DNA from: an uncultured bacterium
Lineage (GTDB): Bacteria > Verrucomicrobiota > Verrucomicrobiia > Limisphaerales > UBA8199
NCBI GenBank assembly: GCA_963749495.1
Contig: CAVVMW010000012.1
Coordinates: forward strand, 416,001 to 480,000
Direction: 5' to 3'
Length of the DNA: 64,000 bases
Shown: piece after piece, positions 42,145 to 51,345 of the stretch
Numbering within the stretch: the stretch's first letter is position 1
Layout: the number at the start of each line of letters is the position of its first letter
Notes under the pieces: model-generated
What the model saw: only the letters and a program-made list of their open reading frames with translations
Told to the model about the DNA's origin: nothing
Databases searched by the model: none
Program-made: the position numbers and the translations under genes

Positions 42145-43122
42145 CTACTTCTTGGGCCGTCTTATGCCGAAAAGCCCCCAAAAAATGAGAGAGCCCGCGA
42201 GGATGGCTGATCCGACCCAATAGCCCTGCTTTTTCAGAAAGTTGAGAGCCGTCTCGCTGGTTACTGTTGCAAGCACCAATCCCAGCAACACCCCGAGACC
42301 CGTGACCGCTTTGACAGACCACCTTGAGCTCATGGCCTCCATGCGGTCGCTAAAAGATCTGTCAATGGTGCCCGGCATATCATGTTTTAATGAACCAAGG
42401 TCCGAATTTAAGTTGGAAATGGCGATCTTGATTTCCCCATACTCATTCGTAACGGTCTGGAATTGACCATCAATTATCTGGAGCCTTTGGCCCAAGAGGT
42501 TCCAAGGATAGCCTGATTTTATGAGGTTTTCGAGCAACACTTCTGGCCCTCCATCAATGCGTGAATCTTCCCATTCATGCTCTCGCATTCCTTGTGGGGC
42601 GCCCTTACGCTCGGATCGAACATATCCCATTTTCTCCTGGTAATCGCCTTTATATGGAAGGGCAGGTGTCTCCCCCGGGGTGAGTTTGAAAATAGTAAGG
42701 CGAAACAGTTTTTCTTCTGTCAGGAATCTTCGTTCCTCATTCGACGTATTTGTAATTGTCCAGTTTAAGGTTCCATGATAACCAGCGTCCACTTGTGTTG
42801 TTGGGGCCACAACCCCCTCTCTGGACAAATCTGTTGATGGACTGACGAAAGCATGAAGATCATGTTCAGGATAGATTTTGCGTACGGTCTCGCGACGAAA
42901 ATCAATCGTCTCCAAAGCCGTCAGCGCAACGGAGTGTCCCGGTTGAATCTTAATTCCTTTCTTCTTGCCTCCGAGGGTAAACTCCTTATTGCTGTTTAGA
43001 AATTCCCCGGACAAACCCAGCCGCAGGGCGTAGGAATTCGGTTTTACAGAGGCCGCGTCTCCGTTGACGATAACGGTGCCTAGAAGTCTCTTAAGCTCCA
43101 CGTCATTTAATATGGTGGCCAT
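42145..43122 (-). CDS. dCTP deaminase/dUTPase-fold domain fused to helical linker and two TM helices
   Basis: ILND, PNSYALRLG, IQPG, LSREG, VDAGYHGTL, N, YKGDYQ; hydrophobic AVTGLGVLLGLVLATV and YWVGSAILAGSLIFWGLFGI; AT-rich. Confidence 0.8.
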   Translation of the reverse strand: MATILNDVELKRLLGTVIVNGDAASVKPNSYALRLGLSGEFLNSNKEFTLGGKKKGIKIQPGHSVALTALETIDFRRETVRKIYPEHDLHAFVSPSTDLSREGVVAPTTQVDAGYHGTLNWTITNTSNEERRFLTEEKLFRLTIFKLTPGETPALPYKGDYQEKMGYVRSERKGAPQGMREHEWEDSRIDGGPEVLLENLIKSGYPWNLLGQRLQIIDGQFQTVTNEYGEIKIAISNLNSDLGSLKHDMPGTIDRSFSDRMEAMSSRWSVKAVTGLGVLLGLVLATVTSETALNFLKKQGYWVGSAILAGSLIFWGLFGIRRPKK

Positions 43123-43308
43123 AGAATCAGGTTCGCACACGCGATATTGACTTCTCGAAGTTGCCCAATCAAGAATACGCCTCAAGAACATATGCGCCTC
43201 TGTTCACAGGTTATTGGTAGGTTTTTCACCCCCCCGCCCGGTGGCCGACCGGGCAAGCGTACACGCGGCAGCGCTGAGCGGCGGGCCTGGTCAAATTAGG
43301 ACACTGCC

Positions 43309-43472
43309 CCCCCGGGGCCGAACCTTGACATTTCCCATCCTGGTCGCGGATGATGGGCCGCGATGCAAGCGTCCTCGGACAGCAGGCCACCGGACCCGCT
43401 TCGCGCCGGGTGCGCCCCTGCGCCGAGTCTCCGGAGCCCGATAACGGCCTATCATTGGCTGGTGGTCATCCT
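43309..43472 (+). repeat. Duplicate of the promoter and first 110 coding bp of the MFS gene
   Basis: Direct repeat of 51291-51455, 108/110 identical in the coding part. Confidence 0.92.
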
Positions 43473-43478
43473 ATAAAA

Positions 43479-44387
43479 AGGGGTCAGCCTCCATCTTGCC
43501 CATTTCTGTTGACACCGTGCCCGCCGGCGCTGGCAGAGTTGCGCCATGCCGCGGCAGTTGCGCATCGAATACCCCGGCGCCATGTACCACCTGATGAGCC
43601 GGGGCAACCGGCGGGAGGACATTTTCCTGGGCGACGTGGACCGGCAGGACTTCTTCAAGACGCTGGCCGAGGCTTGCCAAAAGACCGATTGGCGCGTGCA
43701 TGCGTATCTGGTCAATTACCTGGCCGCGCCAGAGCACCGGCGGCAGTGGATGCGAGCCTGCCTGCCGGCAGGCAGGTGGACCGGCTGCTGGGCGAGCACG
43801 GTCTGCAAGGGGACAGCCCAGCGGCACGGCAGGAATTTGAGCGGCGGATGGAGGCGCGGCGGTTGGAGCCGGGCGATGAGGAAAGTCTAAAGACGTTGCG
43901 TCGCGGCTGGTGCCTGGGCAGCGAGGGCTTCAAGAAGCAAAAGCTGGAGGACATGGAGGGCAAGGTTGCTGCGCACCATTTTGGGGAATTGAGGCTGGAG
44001 ACGGCGCAGGCCAAAGCGGAGCGCATTATCGGTGAGGAACTGGGGCGGCTGGGCTGGCAGGAAACGGACTTAACGTCCCGCCGCAAGCACGACCCGGGCA
44101 AGTTGCAGTTGGCTACACGCCTGCGCCAGGAGACGACACTAACAGTCAAGCAGATTGCGGAGCGCCTTCACTTTGGCACGCCCAAGAGCGCGAGTTTCCG
44201 CCTGCTCATGGCCATGAGGAAACAAACACCCAACGATGCGGCCCAAGATTGTCCGGGAGTTTGAAGTGGCATTGGCAAAATCGAGGCTTGACCCCTGCTG
44301 CGACCCATGCTGTGCAACACCCAAGGATCCGGCCCAAGGTTGTCCGGGAGTTTGAAGTGGCATTGGCAAAATAGAGGCTTGACCCCT
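43479..44387 (+). mobile_element. Defective RAYT-type (Y1 HUH) transposase element with terminal inverted repeats
   Basis: MPRQLRIEYPGAMYHLMSRGNRREDIF at 43546, C-terminal HTH ending 44264; HUH region deleted; IRs at 43479-43503, 44271-44296 and 44362-44387. Confidence 0.85.
43757..43776. repeat. Perfect 20-bp palindrome CCTGCCTGCCGGCAGGCAGG inserted in the RAYT gene
   Basis: Removal restores ATG CGA GTG GAC CGG CTG (MRVDRL) and the reading frame. Confidence 0.85.
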
Positions 44388-44702
44388 GCTGCTGCTGCTG
44401 GCCAGCAATTGGTAGGCCTCTGCCCGTTGGCCACTTGCGATGCGCCGCCGAAGCTGGTGCAACTCCAGCGTCCGTTCCGGTCGGTGATCGGGGTGATCGA
44501 GGACGCCCAACAGCGCTCCGCCGAAGAACCAGCCCAGGCTCGGTGCAAGCAGAACCGCCAGAATGAGCATGGGCACAAGAAAACCAGTGAACCCGGCGAG
44601 GTTGACGGCCAAATCCCAACCGTCGGGGATTAAATGGCGCAGCCCGACCAACAACACCGGGATCAGGGCCATGGGGAGCAGCCGGCGGTGTCGCAGGTCC
44701 AT
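44388..44702 (-). pseudogene. Membrane protein truncated by the RAYT right end
   Basis: Hydrophobic N-terminal helices; the ORF runs into the duplicated IR. Confidence 0.45.
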
Positions 44703-45029
44703 GGAGCTGCGCGGGTGAGATTGTGCTCGACACCTTCCTGGATTTATGGTAGAGGGAGGACATCACTGAGCAGGAATCAGCATTGGGCCGCCATGGTTTG
44801 CTGGTTTTGTGGCGGTCTTGCTGCGTGGCCGGTTGGTTATGGAAACGGCGGCAGAGATTATGAGATCGGCTTCAGGTGTGGATGCATCAACGATCCACCC
44901 CTTCAGATTCCACACCAACGCTGGGCGCCTGGAGGGGGCAGAGGACGCTTGTGCAGGTCACCCGCGCAGCGGCAATGAAGGAGCGCCGCGTCAAAGGGCA
45001 TATTCCTATCAGTTGATCAACAGCCCCTC

Positions 45030-46619
45030 ATGAAGAAGTATTATTACCTCGACGGCGCCAGCCAAACGGCAGGGCCGCACACCATTGAAGAATTAGACGA
45101 ACTCGCCCGTACCGGGGTCATCAACGCGGACACGATGATTGCGGCCGAGGGCGATCGCGACTGGAAAGCCTTCGGGACCCGCGGCAAAGAAAAGCCAACA
45201 CCAAAGCCCATTTTCGAGATTCTCAAGAAGGCGGCCAACGCCTTCCAGCAGTTTGCCACCGATCCGGTGGGGGGAATGCCCAATGCCTGCAAAGCCCTGG
45301 ACAAGCCCAGTGCCATTGGCGTCGGCATCACGTTTTGCGTGGTCTTTGTGGCCTGTTTTTATGTGTTTGCGCAGGGAATGCCGGCGGGCGGCTCCGAGCC
45401 GTTGCCCAAGCTGAGTATGCTGTTGGCCGCTGCCGTGCCTTTTGTCTGTTTGACCGCCGCCAGTTTTCTCACGCGCAGCGCGTTCCGCGGCACTGGAAAC
45501 CTCGGCAGCGATTGCTTCATCGCCGGTGCGGCGTTGCTGCCGACCGCGTTCCTGCTCGTTCTGATCAGGCTGCTTGGCGCTGGCAACGTTGAAGTGGTTG
45601 AGATATCGTCCGTACTTGTGGGATGTCTGACCATTTTGATGCTCTACACGGGCTGCCACCGCATCTCCGGTCTGACCGAGCGAACCGCTACGTTTGCCGT
45701 ACCGGTGATGCTGATTGCGAGCGCTTGGCTGGGCAAAGTCGTCTATAGGGCTTGGATTCAGCAGAATGTGTGGGGGCTGGCAGCCGCGCACCCCCAATCA
45801 ACTGACGGCGCTGCAAAAGGCAATTTCCTACCGGGAGAAAGCGGTTCTTCGGGATCCTTCGGGGGCGTCTTCGGCAGTCCGTACAGTGTTCAATATAAGG
45901 TGGTTTCCCTCAATGATTCCGCTGCCATCGAGGCAACAGTTAAGGGGCCAGCCGCCAAGTTGGCCGTGATTCTCACGGACCCCAAAGGGGAATCAGAGGC
46001 CAGGATCGTTGAGAAAGACCTTATGATCGCCAACTCTCATACTATCGAAATGTACATGCGCGATCCCCAAGCAGGGACATGGGTTTTGACGCTAAAGACC
46101 GTTGACCCGGAAAACGTTGTCTGGCAAAAAGATATTACGTTCTCGTCGGGTCATTTGACGCTCGCAGACGTGAAATGTGAACTAACCCCGAATAACTGGA
46201 TGGGTCAGTTTAACGGCTATCAGCTTACGGGTATTCAGGTTACCCTGCAAAAGGACGGCAGTCTGCCAGTTGAGTTTACCGATGCATCGCTTGCGCTCGA
46301 TGGGGTAGAATGCAGCGTGACCGCGATGAGAACGGTGTCGGTCGCTCAACGAGTCAACGTGAGTATTGTGGTTTTCCGTTGCCCCCCGACTAAGAAACAG
46401 ATGGATGAATACGACAGACAGAGCGGGTTCAAAGGACTGCCTCCGCTTGAAGCGTTGTTTCGTCCTGGCGAAAGGCATCTAGCGAAAGGAAAGGTATTTT
46501 TTGGCAAAGACAAAGGCCGCAAGTCCTTGGATTTTGAAAAGGAGTTTGTGGTGCCTGGAAATGGCACACAGGCCACTGCAGCACCAAAACGCAGCAGAAA
46601 TTATAACCCCGCAAAATAG
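45030..46619 (+). CDS. GYF_2 (DUF4339) domain multi-TM protein with C-terminal extracytoplasmic domain
   Basis: YYYL...AGPHTIEEL..L...G.I..DT..AAEG..DWK, about 5 TM helices, then a beta-rich tail. Confidence 0.8.
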   Translation: MKKYYYLDGASQTAGPHTIEELDELARTGVINADTMIAAEGDRDWKAFGTRGKEKPTPKPIFEILKKAANAFQQFATDPVGGMPNACKALDKPSAIGVGITFCVVFVACFYVFAQGMPAGGSEPLPKLSMLLAAAVPFVCLTAASFLTRSAFRGTGNLGSDCFIAGAALLPTAFLLVLIRLLGAGNVEVVEISSVLVGCLTILMLYTGCHRISGLTERTATFAVPVMLIASAWLGKVVYRAWIQQNVWGLAAAHPQSTDGAAKGNFLPGESGSSGSFGGVFGSPYSVQYKVVSLNDSAAIEATVKGPAAKLAVILTDPKGESEARIVEKDLMIANSHTIEMYMRDPQAGTWVLTLKTVDPENVVWQKDITFSSGHLTLADVKCELTPNNWMGQFNGYQLTGIQVTLQKDGSLPVEFTDASLALDGVECSVTAMRTVSVAQRVNVSIVVFRCPPTKKQMDEYDRQSGFKGLPPLEALFRPGERHLAKGKVFFGKDKGRKSLDFEKEFVVPGNGTQATAAPKRSRNYNPAK

Positions 46620-46878
46620 ATGGGTGGGGGGCCTTTTGTGATGTGTTCTTATCTTCTAAAGAAGCGATTTTGCCCCCGGTCTGCGATTTCGGTGTACCCC
46701 GAGGTCATGGGGCGGAGCGGGGAGGCCACGGGCCGCGCCGCCATCACCGACCACCACCTCAAGGCGGCACTCACCCGCGCAGCGGCAAGCAACTGACGGC
46801 GCGTCGAAAAGCAATGTCCTATCAGTTACCAGTTCCACTGCTAATGCAGCCCAATCGGTTGTTGATGAACAGCCCCTC

Positions 46879-47667
46879 ATGAAACATTATTATTACATCA
46901 ACGGCGCCAACCAAACGGCAGGCCCGCACACCATTGAAGAACTGAACGAACTCGCCGGTACCGGCGTCATCAAGGCGGACACGATGGTTGCGGCCGAGGG
47001 CGATACCGACTGGAAACCCTTCGGGACCCTCGGCACAGAAAAGCCCCCAAAGCCCATTTTCGAGATTCTCAAGAAGGCGGCCACCGCCTTCCAGCAGTTT
47101 GCCACCGATCCGGTGGGGGGAATGCCCAATGCCTGCAAAGCCCTGGACAAGCCCAGTGCCATTGGCGTCGGCATCACGTTTTGCGTGGTCTTTGTGGCCT
47201 GTTTTTATGTGTTTGCGCAGGGAATGCCGGCGGGCGGCTCCGAGCCGTTGCCCAAGCTGAGTATGCTGTTGGCCGCTGCCGTGCCTTTTGTCTGTTTGAC
47301 CGCCGCGAGCTTTCTCACGCGCAGCGCGTTCCGCGGCACCGGAAATCTCGGGAGCGATTGTTTCATCGCCGGTGCCGCGTTGCTGCCGAGCGCCTTCCTG
47401 CTCGCTCTGATCAGCCTCCTTGGCCTGCGGAACAAGGAAGTAGTCGTGATATCGTACGTGTTTGCGCTTTGTCTGACCATTTTGATGCTGTACACGGGCT
47501 GCCATCGCATCTCCGGTCTGACCGCGCGAACCGCTACGTTTGCCGTGCCGGTGATGCTGATTGCGAGCGGTTGGCTTGTCAAAATCGTCTATACGGCTTG
47601 GATTGAGCCGAGCGTGCCGGGGCTAACTCCCTATATCTACTCCTTTTTTAAAATTGAGGGACTGTAG
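46879..47667 (+). CDS. GYF_2 domain multi-TM protein, short paralog of 45030-46619
   Basis: Near-identical first ~240 aa, no C-terminal domain. Confidence 0.8.
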   Translation: MKHYYYINGANQTAGPHTIEELNELAGTGVIKADTMVAAEGDTDWKPFGTLGTEKPPKPIFEILKKAATAFQQFATDPVGGMPNACKALDKPSAIGVGITFCVVFVACFYVFAQGMPAGGSEPLPKLSMLLAAAVPFVCLTAASFLTRSAFRGTGNLGSDCFIAGAALLPSAFLLALISLLGLRNKEVVVISYVFALCLTILMLYTGCHRISGLTARTATFAVPVMLIASGWLVKIVYTAWIEPSVPGLTPYIYSFFKIEGL

Positions 47668-47705
47668 TGTCACGAAACCTCGGATCAACACTTCCGCGTG
47701 GCAAT

Positions 47706-50465
47706 ATGAATCAGCGCATTTACATTCTCGGGGAAGGGCAGGAAGCTGGGCCCTTCACTCAGGAAGAAGTCCAACGGCTTCTAAGTGAAGGCCGTCTTCA
47801 GAGCGACACGCCAGCCAGGTTTGAAGACGGCGCAACATGGGCAACGCTGAATGATTTGCTGGCGCGGATGGAAGCGGTGCCGAACGGCTTGCCCAACCTA
47901 CTCCCGCTGCCTCCACCCCCGCGGTTCAGCCCGGTGCAGGCGCCAACACCCGCAGGCGTGGTTGCCGGCTCCTCGCCAGACCAGATGACCGAAGGGCCAC
48001 CCGCACCACCCGGCATCCCGCCGCCGCCGCCACCCCGTCCACCGCGCTCGAGGTGGGGCTGGGTGAAATGGGCCGTCTTGGCCCTCCTGGGAGCCATTGC
48101 CTATGCCGCTTATCCGTACTACGTGGTTTACTCGCTGGGCCGCGCCATCAAGAACGGCCGGGCTGAGGTGCTTGCCAAACGAATCAACTTTGCGGCCGTG
48201 ACCAGCACGCTTCCCAGCGAGTTGGCTCACCGGCTCAATGTCACAAACCAGAGCAACCTGGAGCCGGTCCCCGCTGTGACCCAGGTGTCCGAACTAGCCT
48301 TTCTCGAGCAAATCGTCCAAGACTATCTCAAGGACGCCGATGGATTGCTCCGGTTGTTGGGCCACGCAGGCTCCACGGTGTCCCTGCCCAGCCGGGTGCG
48401 GGCCGAGGAAGGCCCGCCCACCCCTGGCCCTGCGCCATCGGCGGGGTCGGAGTCGAAAGTAACCGTCACGCGGGCCTCCTGCGGCTATTTAGGCCTCCCT
48501 TTCCCCGCCTCACTTTCGGAGTTCTCCGTGACCTTGAAGGATGTCGCCATCAACTGCGAGTTGGTGACTCCTAACTACTTTCCGGACCAGCCCTGGGAAC
48601 TGCGCCTGGAGGTCCCGCGCCTGCAAGTCGTGCTGCAACTGCGCACGAACACCTGGCAACTCACGCGCCTCCGCCTGCCACAAAGCATCACAGGGCTGGC
48701 TTTCGCCCCCTGGCTCGACCCGGACGAACTGGCTGGCGTCTGGCGCGTCGAGGACAGACTGGAGTTGGACCTCGAGGTCATGCCCGCGGGCAATGGCGAG
48801 CCTCGGCTACCCTCTGGCGCACAGGCCCGTGGGACGCTCTACCGCGCACAGGCCGATGGGAGTCTGACCGCCACAGTGTTTCGCCTCTCGCGCCGCTCTG
48901 CCAACGAGTTGCGCCTTGAGCCTTCACGCGGGCCGGGCCGGATTCGGGCCACGGTAACCAAGAATCGGGACGGCAAATACCTTTTGGCGCTCCCCGACGA
49001 GCAGCCGACACCCATCATCAAAACTAACCTCCTCATGGCGCTCGCCCAACTGGAGGGCATTTGGCAACCTGCCGGCGGAGGTCTCGAAAAACTCGAACTT
49101 TACAGCGATGGCTCCGGCGCATTGCAGGGGACAGCCAAAGCCATAGCGGCCGCGCGCCGCGTCGAATACGAGCTCACCAGCAGCCAGATGTCTGGCCGAA
49201 CCTTGAACCTGGACGTCCGCTCAGGCCTGGGCCAGGCCCCGGCCAAATGGTCCATCGTCATGCGCCCGGATGGGACTTTCTACGTCGCGCCCGGCCCGGC
49301 TAACGAACTGCGGTATTACCGCCTCACCAACCGCCACCCGTTCCCGCCAATCCCTGCCGAGCAATTGGCCGGCAAATGGGAAACAGATGACTTCGATCTC
49401 GTGGAATTCGTGGTGACCGGCAAAGCCCTCGACCGCGCCAGTTTCCACCCGCGCCGCGGCGCCCCACGGCCGATGGGGACGATCACCGCCCGGCCCGCCG
49501 GGCGCAAGGCGATTCCCCTCGACTGGACCTACCTCGCAGCCAAAGGAACAGGCCTGCTTGAACCGCTAGAGGACAACCAATGGCGGCTCAGGCTCGAGTT
49601 GACTGACACCGGGTTGACCGATCACTCTCCCGGCCTGCCAACGCCAGCGGTGCCGCCGCCAGCCCGAAGCCAGACCGCGGCGGACCTCCGGGCCGCGGCT
49701 CAGGCCAAGGCCGCTTTTGAGCGCCGCTATACTGCCGGCCGCGGCACCCTGCCCGCGCCACCCGTTGTTCCGGTTGCTCCACCGCCGGGGCGCGCGGTCC
49801 ATCGACCACAGGCAGAGGGCCCGAGGGAGCTCTTCGCCGACGGCAAGTGGCACCTCTTGCGTCTCTTCGGCACCACCCCCCATGTCCTGAACGTCATTTG
49901 TGAAAACATCCCCGCCGACGCCGACCGCTTGGTTCGGGTCGAGCCCCGTGACAAAGCTGGCAAGAGCGGCGGCCCATCGCCTTTGGAGCTCCGTTATCCC
50001 TACGGCGCCGTGGTCCAACTGACTGCCCCCAAGCCCCCATCAGGCTACAGCTTCGCCGGCTGGACTCAGGACGGCGTGGGCGAGGACCTCGGGACGAACC
50101 AGACGCTGGCGACGGCCTTGGACCAGGACAAGACACTCCGGGCAACGTACCGGGAGGAGGCGCCCCAACGAATCCCGAGCCCCTGGGTGGGGACTTGGGA
50201 GGCTGAGCGCTTCGGAGAGGTCAAGGTCAATGAGCGGGGAACCGTCCTCAACATCTTCTACTATACGACACGGTCAAGAGGCGTTATTCTCCCCAATTCC
50301 AGCCCCGCAAGCGACGACCTGACTGCCAAGTGGAAGGAATTAAACGACATCAAGGGCGACCTGGAACTCACCCTGTCATCTGACCGCAACTCTTTCAAGG
50401 GCCGCTGGCGCTACGCCGGCGCCTCAGAGTGGTCTGACATCTCCGGCCGGCGCACGGCACGGTAG
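47706..50465 (+). CDS. GYF_2 domain, Pro-rich, single-TM large protein (DUF2939-like segment, repeated G-x-W beta domains)
   Basis: AGPFTQEEV..L.EGRL..DT....W; PPPPPP tracts; TM followed by PYYVVYSLGRAI...INFAAV; LAGVW, LEGIW, LAGKW, WVGTW repeats. Confidence 0.75.
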   Translation: MNQRIYILGEGQEAGPFTQEEVQRLLSEGRLQSDTPARFEDGATWATLNDLLARMEAVPNGLPNLLPLPPPPRFSPVQAPTPAGVVAGSSPDQMTEGPPAPPGIPPPPPPRPPRSRWGWVKWAVLALLGAIAYAAYPYYVVYSLGRAIKNGRAEVLAKRINFAAVTSTLPSELAHRLNVTNQSNLEPVPAVTQVSELAFLEQIVQDYLKDADGLLRLLGHAGSTVSLPSRVRAEEGPPTPGPAPSAGSESKVTVTRASCGYLGLPFPASLSEFSVTLKDVAINCELVTPNYFPDQPWELRLEVPRLQVVLQLRTNTWQLTRLRLPQSITGLAFAPWLDPDELAGVWRVEDRLELDLEVMPAGNGEPRLPSGAQARGTLYRAQADGSLTATVFRLSRRSANELRLEPSRGPGRIRATVTKNRDGKYLLALPDEQPTPIIKTNLLMALAQLEGIWQPAGGGLEKLELYSDGSGALQGTAKAIAAARRVEYELTSSQMSGRTLNLDVRSGLGQAPAKWSIVMRPDGTFYVAPGPANELRYYRLTNRHPFPPIPAEQLAGKWETDDFDLVEFVVTGKALDRASFHPRRGAPRPMGTITARPAGRKAIPLDWTYLAAKGTGLLEPLEDNQWRLRLELTDTGLTDHSPGLPTPAVPPPARSQTAADLRAAAQAKAAFERRYTAGRGTLPAPPVVPVAPPPGRAVHRPQAEGPRELFADGKWHLLRLFGTTPHVLNVICENIPADADRLVRVEPRDKAGKSGGPSPLELRYPYGAVVQLTAPKPPSGYSFAGWTQDGVGEDLGTNQTLATALDQDKTLRATYREEAPQRIPSPWVGTWEAERFGEVKVNERGTVLNIFYYTTRSRGVILPNSSPASDDLTAKWKELNDIKGDLELTLSSDRNSFKGRWRYAGASEWSDISGRRTAR

Positions 50466-50568
50466 CCGCGGGCACGCGGCAAGCGTGGGCGCACGGGCCG
50501 GTGGGCCGGCGGCTCAGGGAGTTGCCGGGCGTGATCTCGCCAACATCCACTTATCGGGCTCAAAGAAA

Positions 50569-50725
50569 AGGGGTCAGCCTCCATCTTGCCCATTTCTGTT
50601 GACACCGTGCCGCCGGCGCTGGCAGAGTTGCGCCATGCCGCGGCAGTTGCGCATCGAATACCCCGGCGCCATGTACCACCTGATGAGCCGGGGCAACCGG
50701 CGGGAGGACATTTTCCTGGACGACG
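50569..50725 (+). mobile_element. Second RAYT left end plus 5' 30 codons
   Basis: Near-identical to 43479-43636; ATG at 50635. Confidence 0.88.
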
Positions 50726-51147
50726 AAAAAAAACTATTGACGCAAGGGCCGGTTACGCCGGTGTTCTTGGCTCCTAAACCAAGACCCCTTCACGTGGGCC
50801 CGGCCCGCCTCCCCCTCTATCCGAAGCTCGATTTTACCGAGCTGGTATCGACTTCCACAGTGTCAAACAAAAACCGTGCCCGCAAGAATCCCCCGGTTTT
50901 ACCGGCGCCGTAGCGCGTTGTTGCGGGTCGCGTTGCGGGTCCGACCTCAAAAATCCCCCGGTTCCATGGGCCTTGTTGCGGTGTTGCGGGTCCATACCCC
51001 CCGCACCCTCGACCACCCGGTCAGGAGAACGGCTTCGGCGGAAAAACCCCCAGAAAGGGGTCACCCATAACGTCGTTCATTTCTCTTGACTGGGTGCCTC
51101 ACGAATTATGAACCGAAACGCCCCAGCTTACGGCTTGAGCCCTGTTC

Positions 51148-51293
51148 TGTTCAGCCGTCCCTTCGGGACTTGCTCCCTCTGCAGGCCAGAACCCAACGCT
51201 GAAGCGTTGGGCTATTGTCGAATGTCCCTCCGGGACAAGACTCGCTGGTCACATGTCCAACGCTTTTGATCTTTTTATCTTTTGATCACACCC
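51148..51293. mobile_element. Half copy of element B
   Basis: TTCAGCCGTCCCTTCGGGAC, CCCAACGCTGAAGCGTTGGG, TGTCCCTCCGGGACA, end TTTGATCACACCC. Confidence 0.75.
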
Positions 51294-51345
51294 CCGGGGG
51301 CCGGACCTTGACAATCGCCGGCCCTCTCCCGGATGATGGGCCGCG

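Noticed and set aside
44958..47605. DGR-type diversification of the GYF paralogues
   Set aside because: Differences are not adenine-specific and no RT is present
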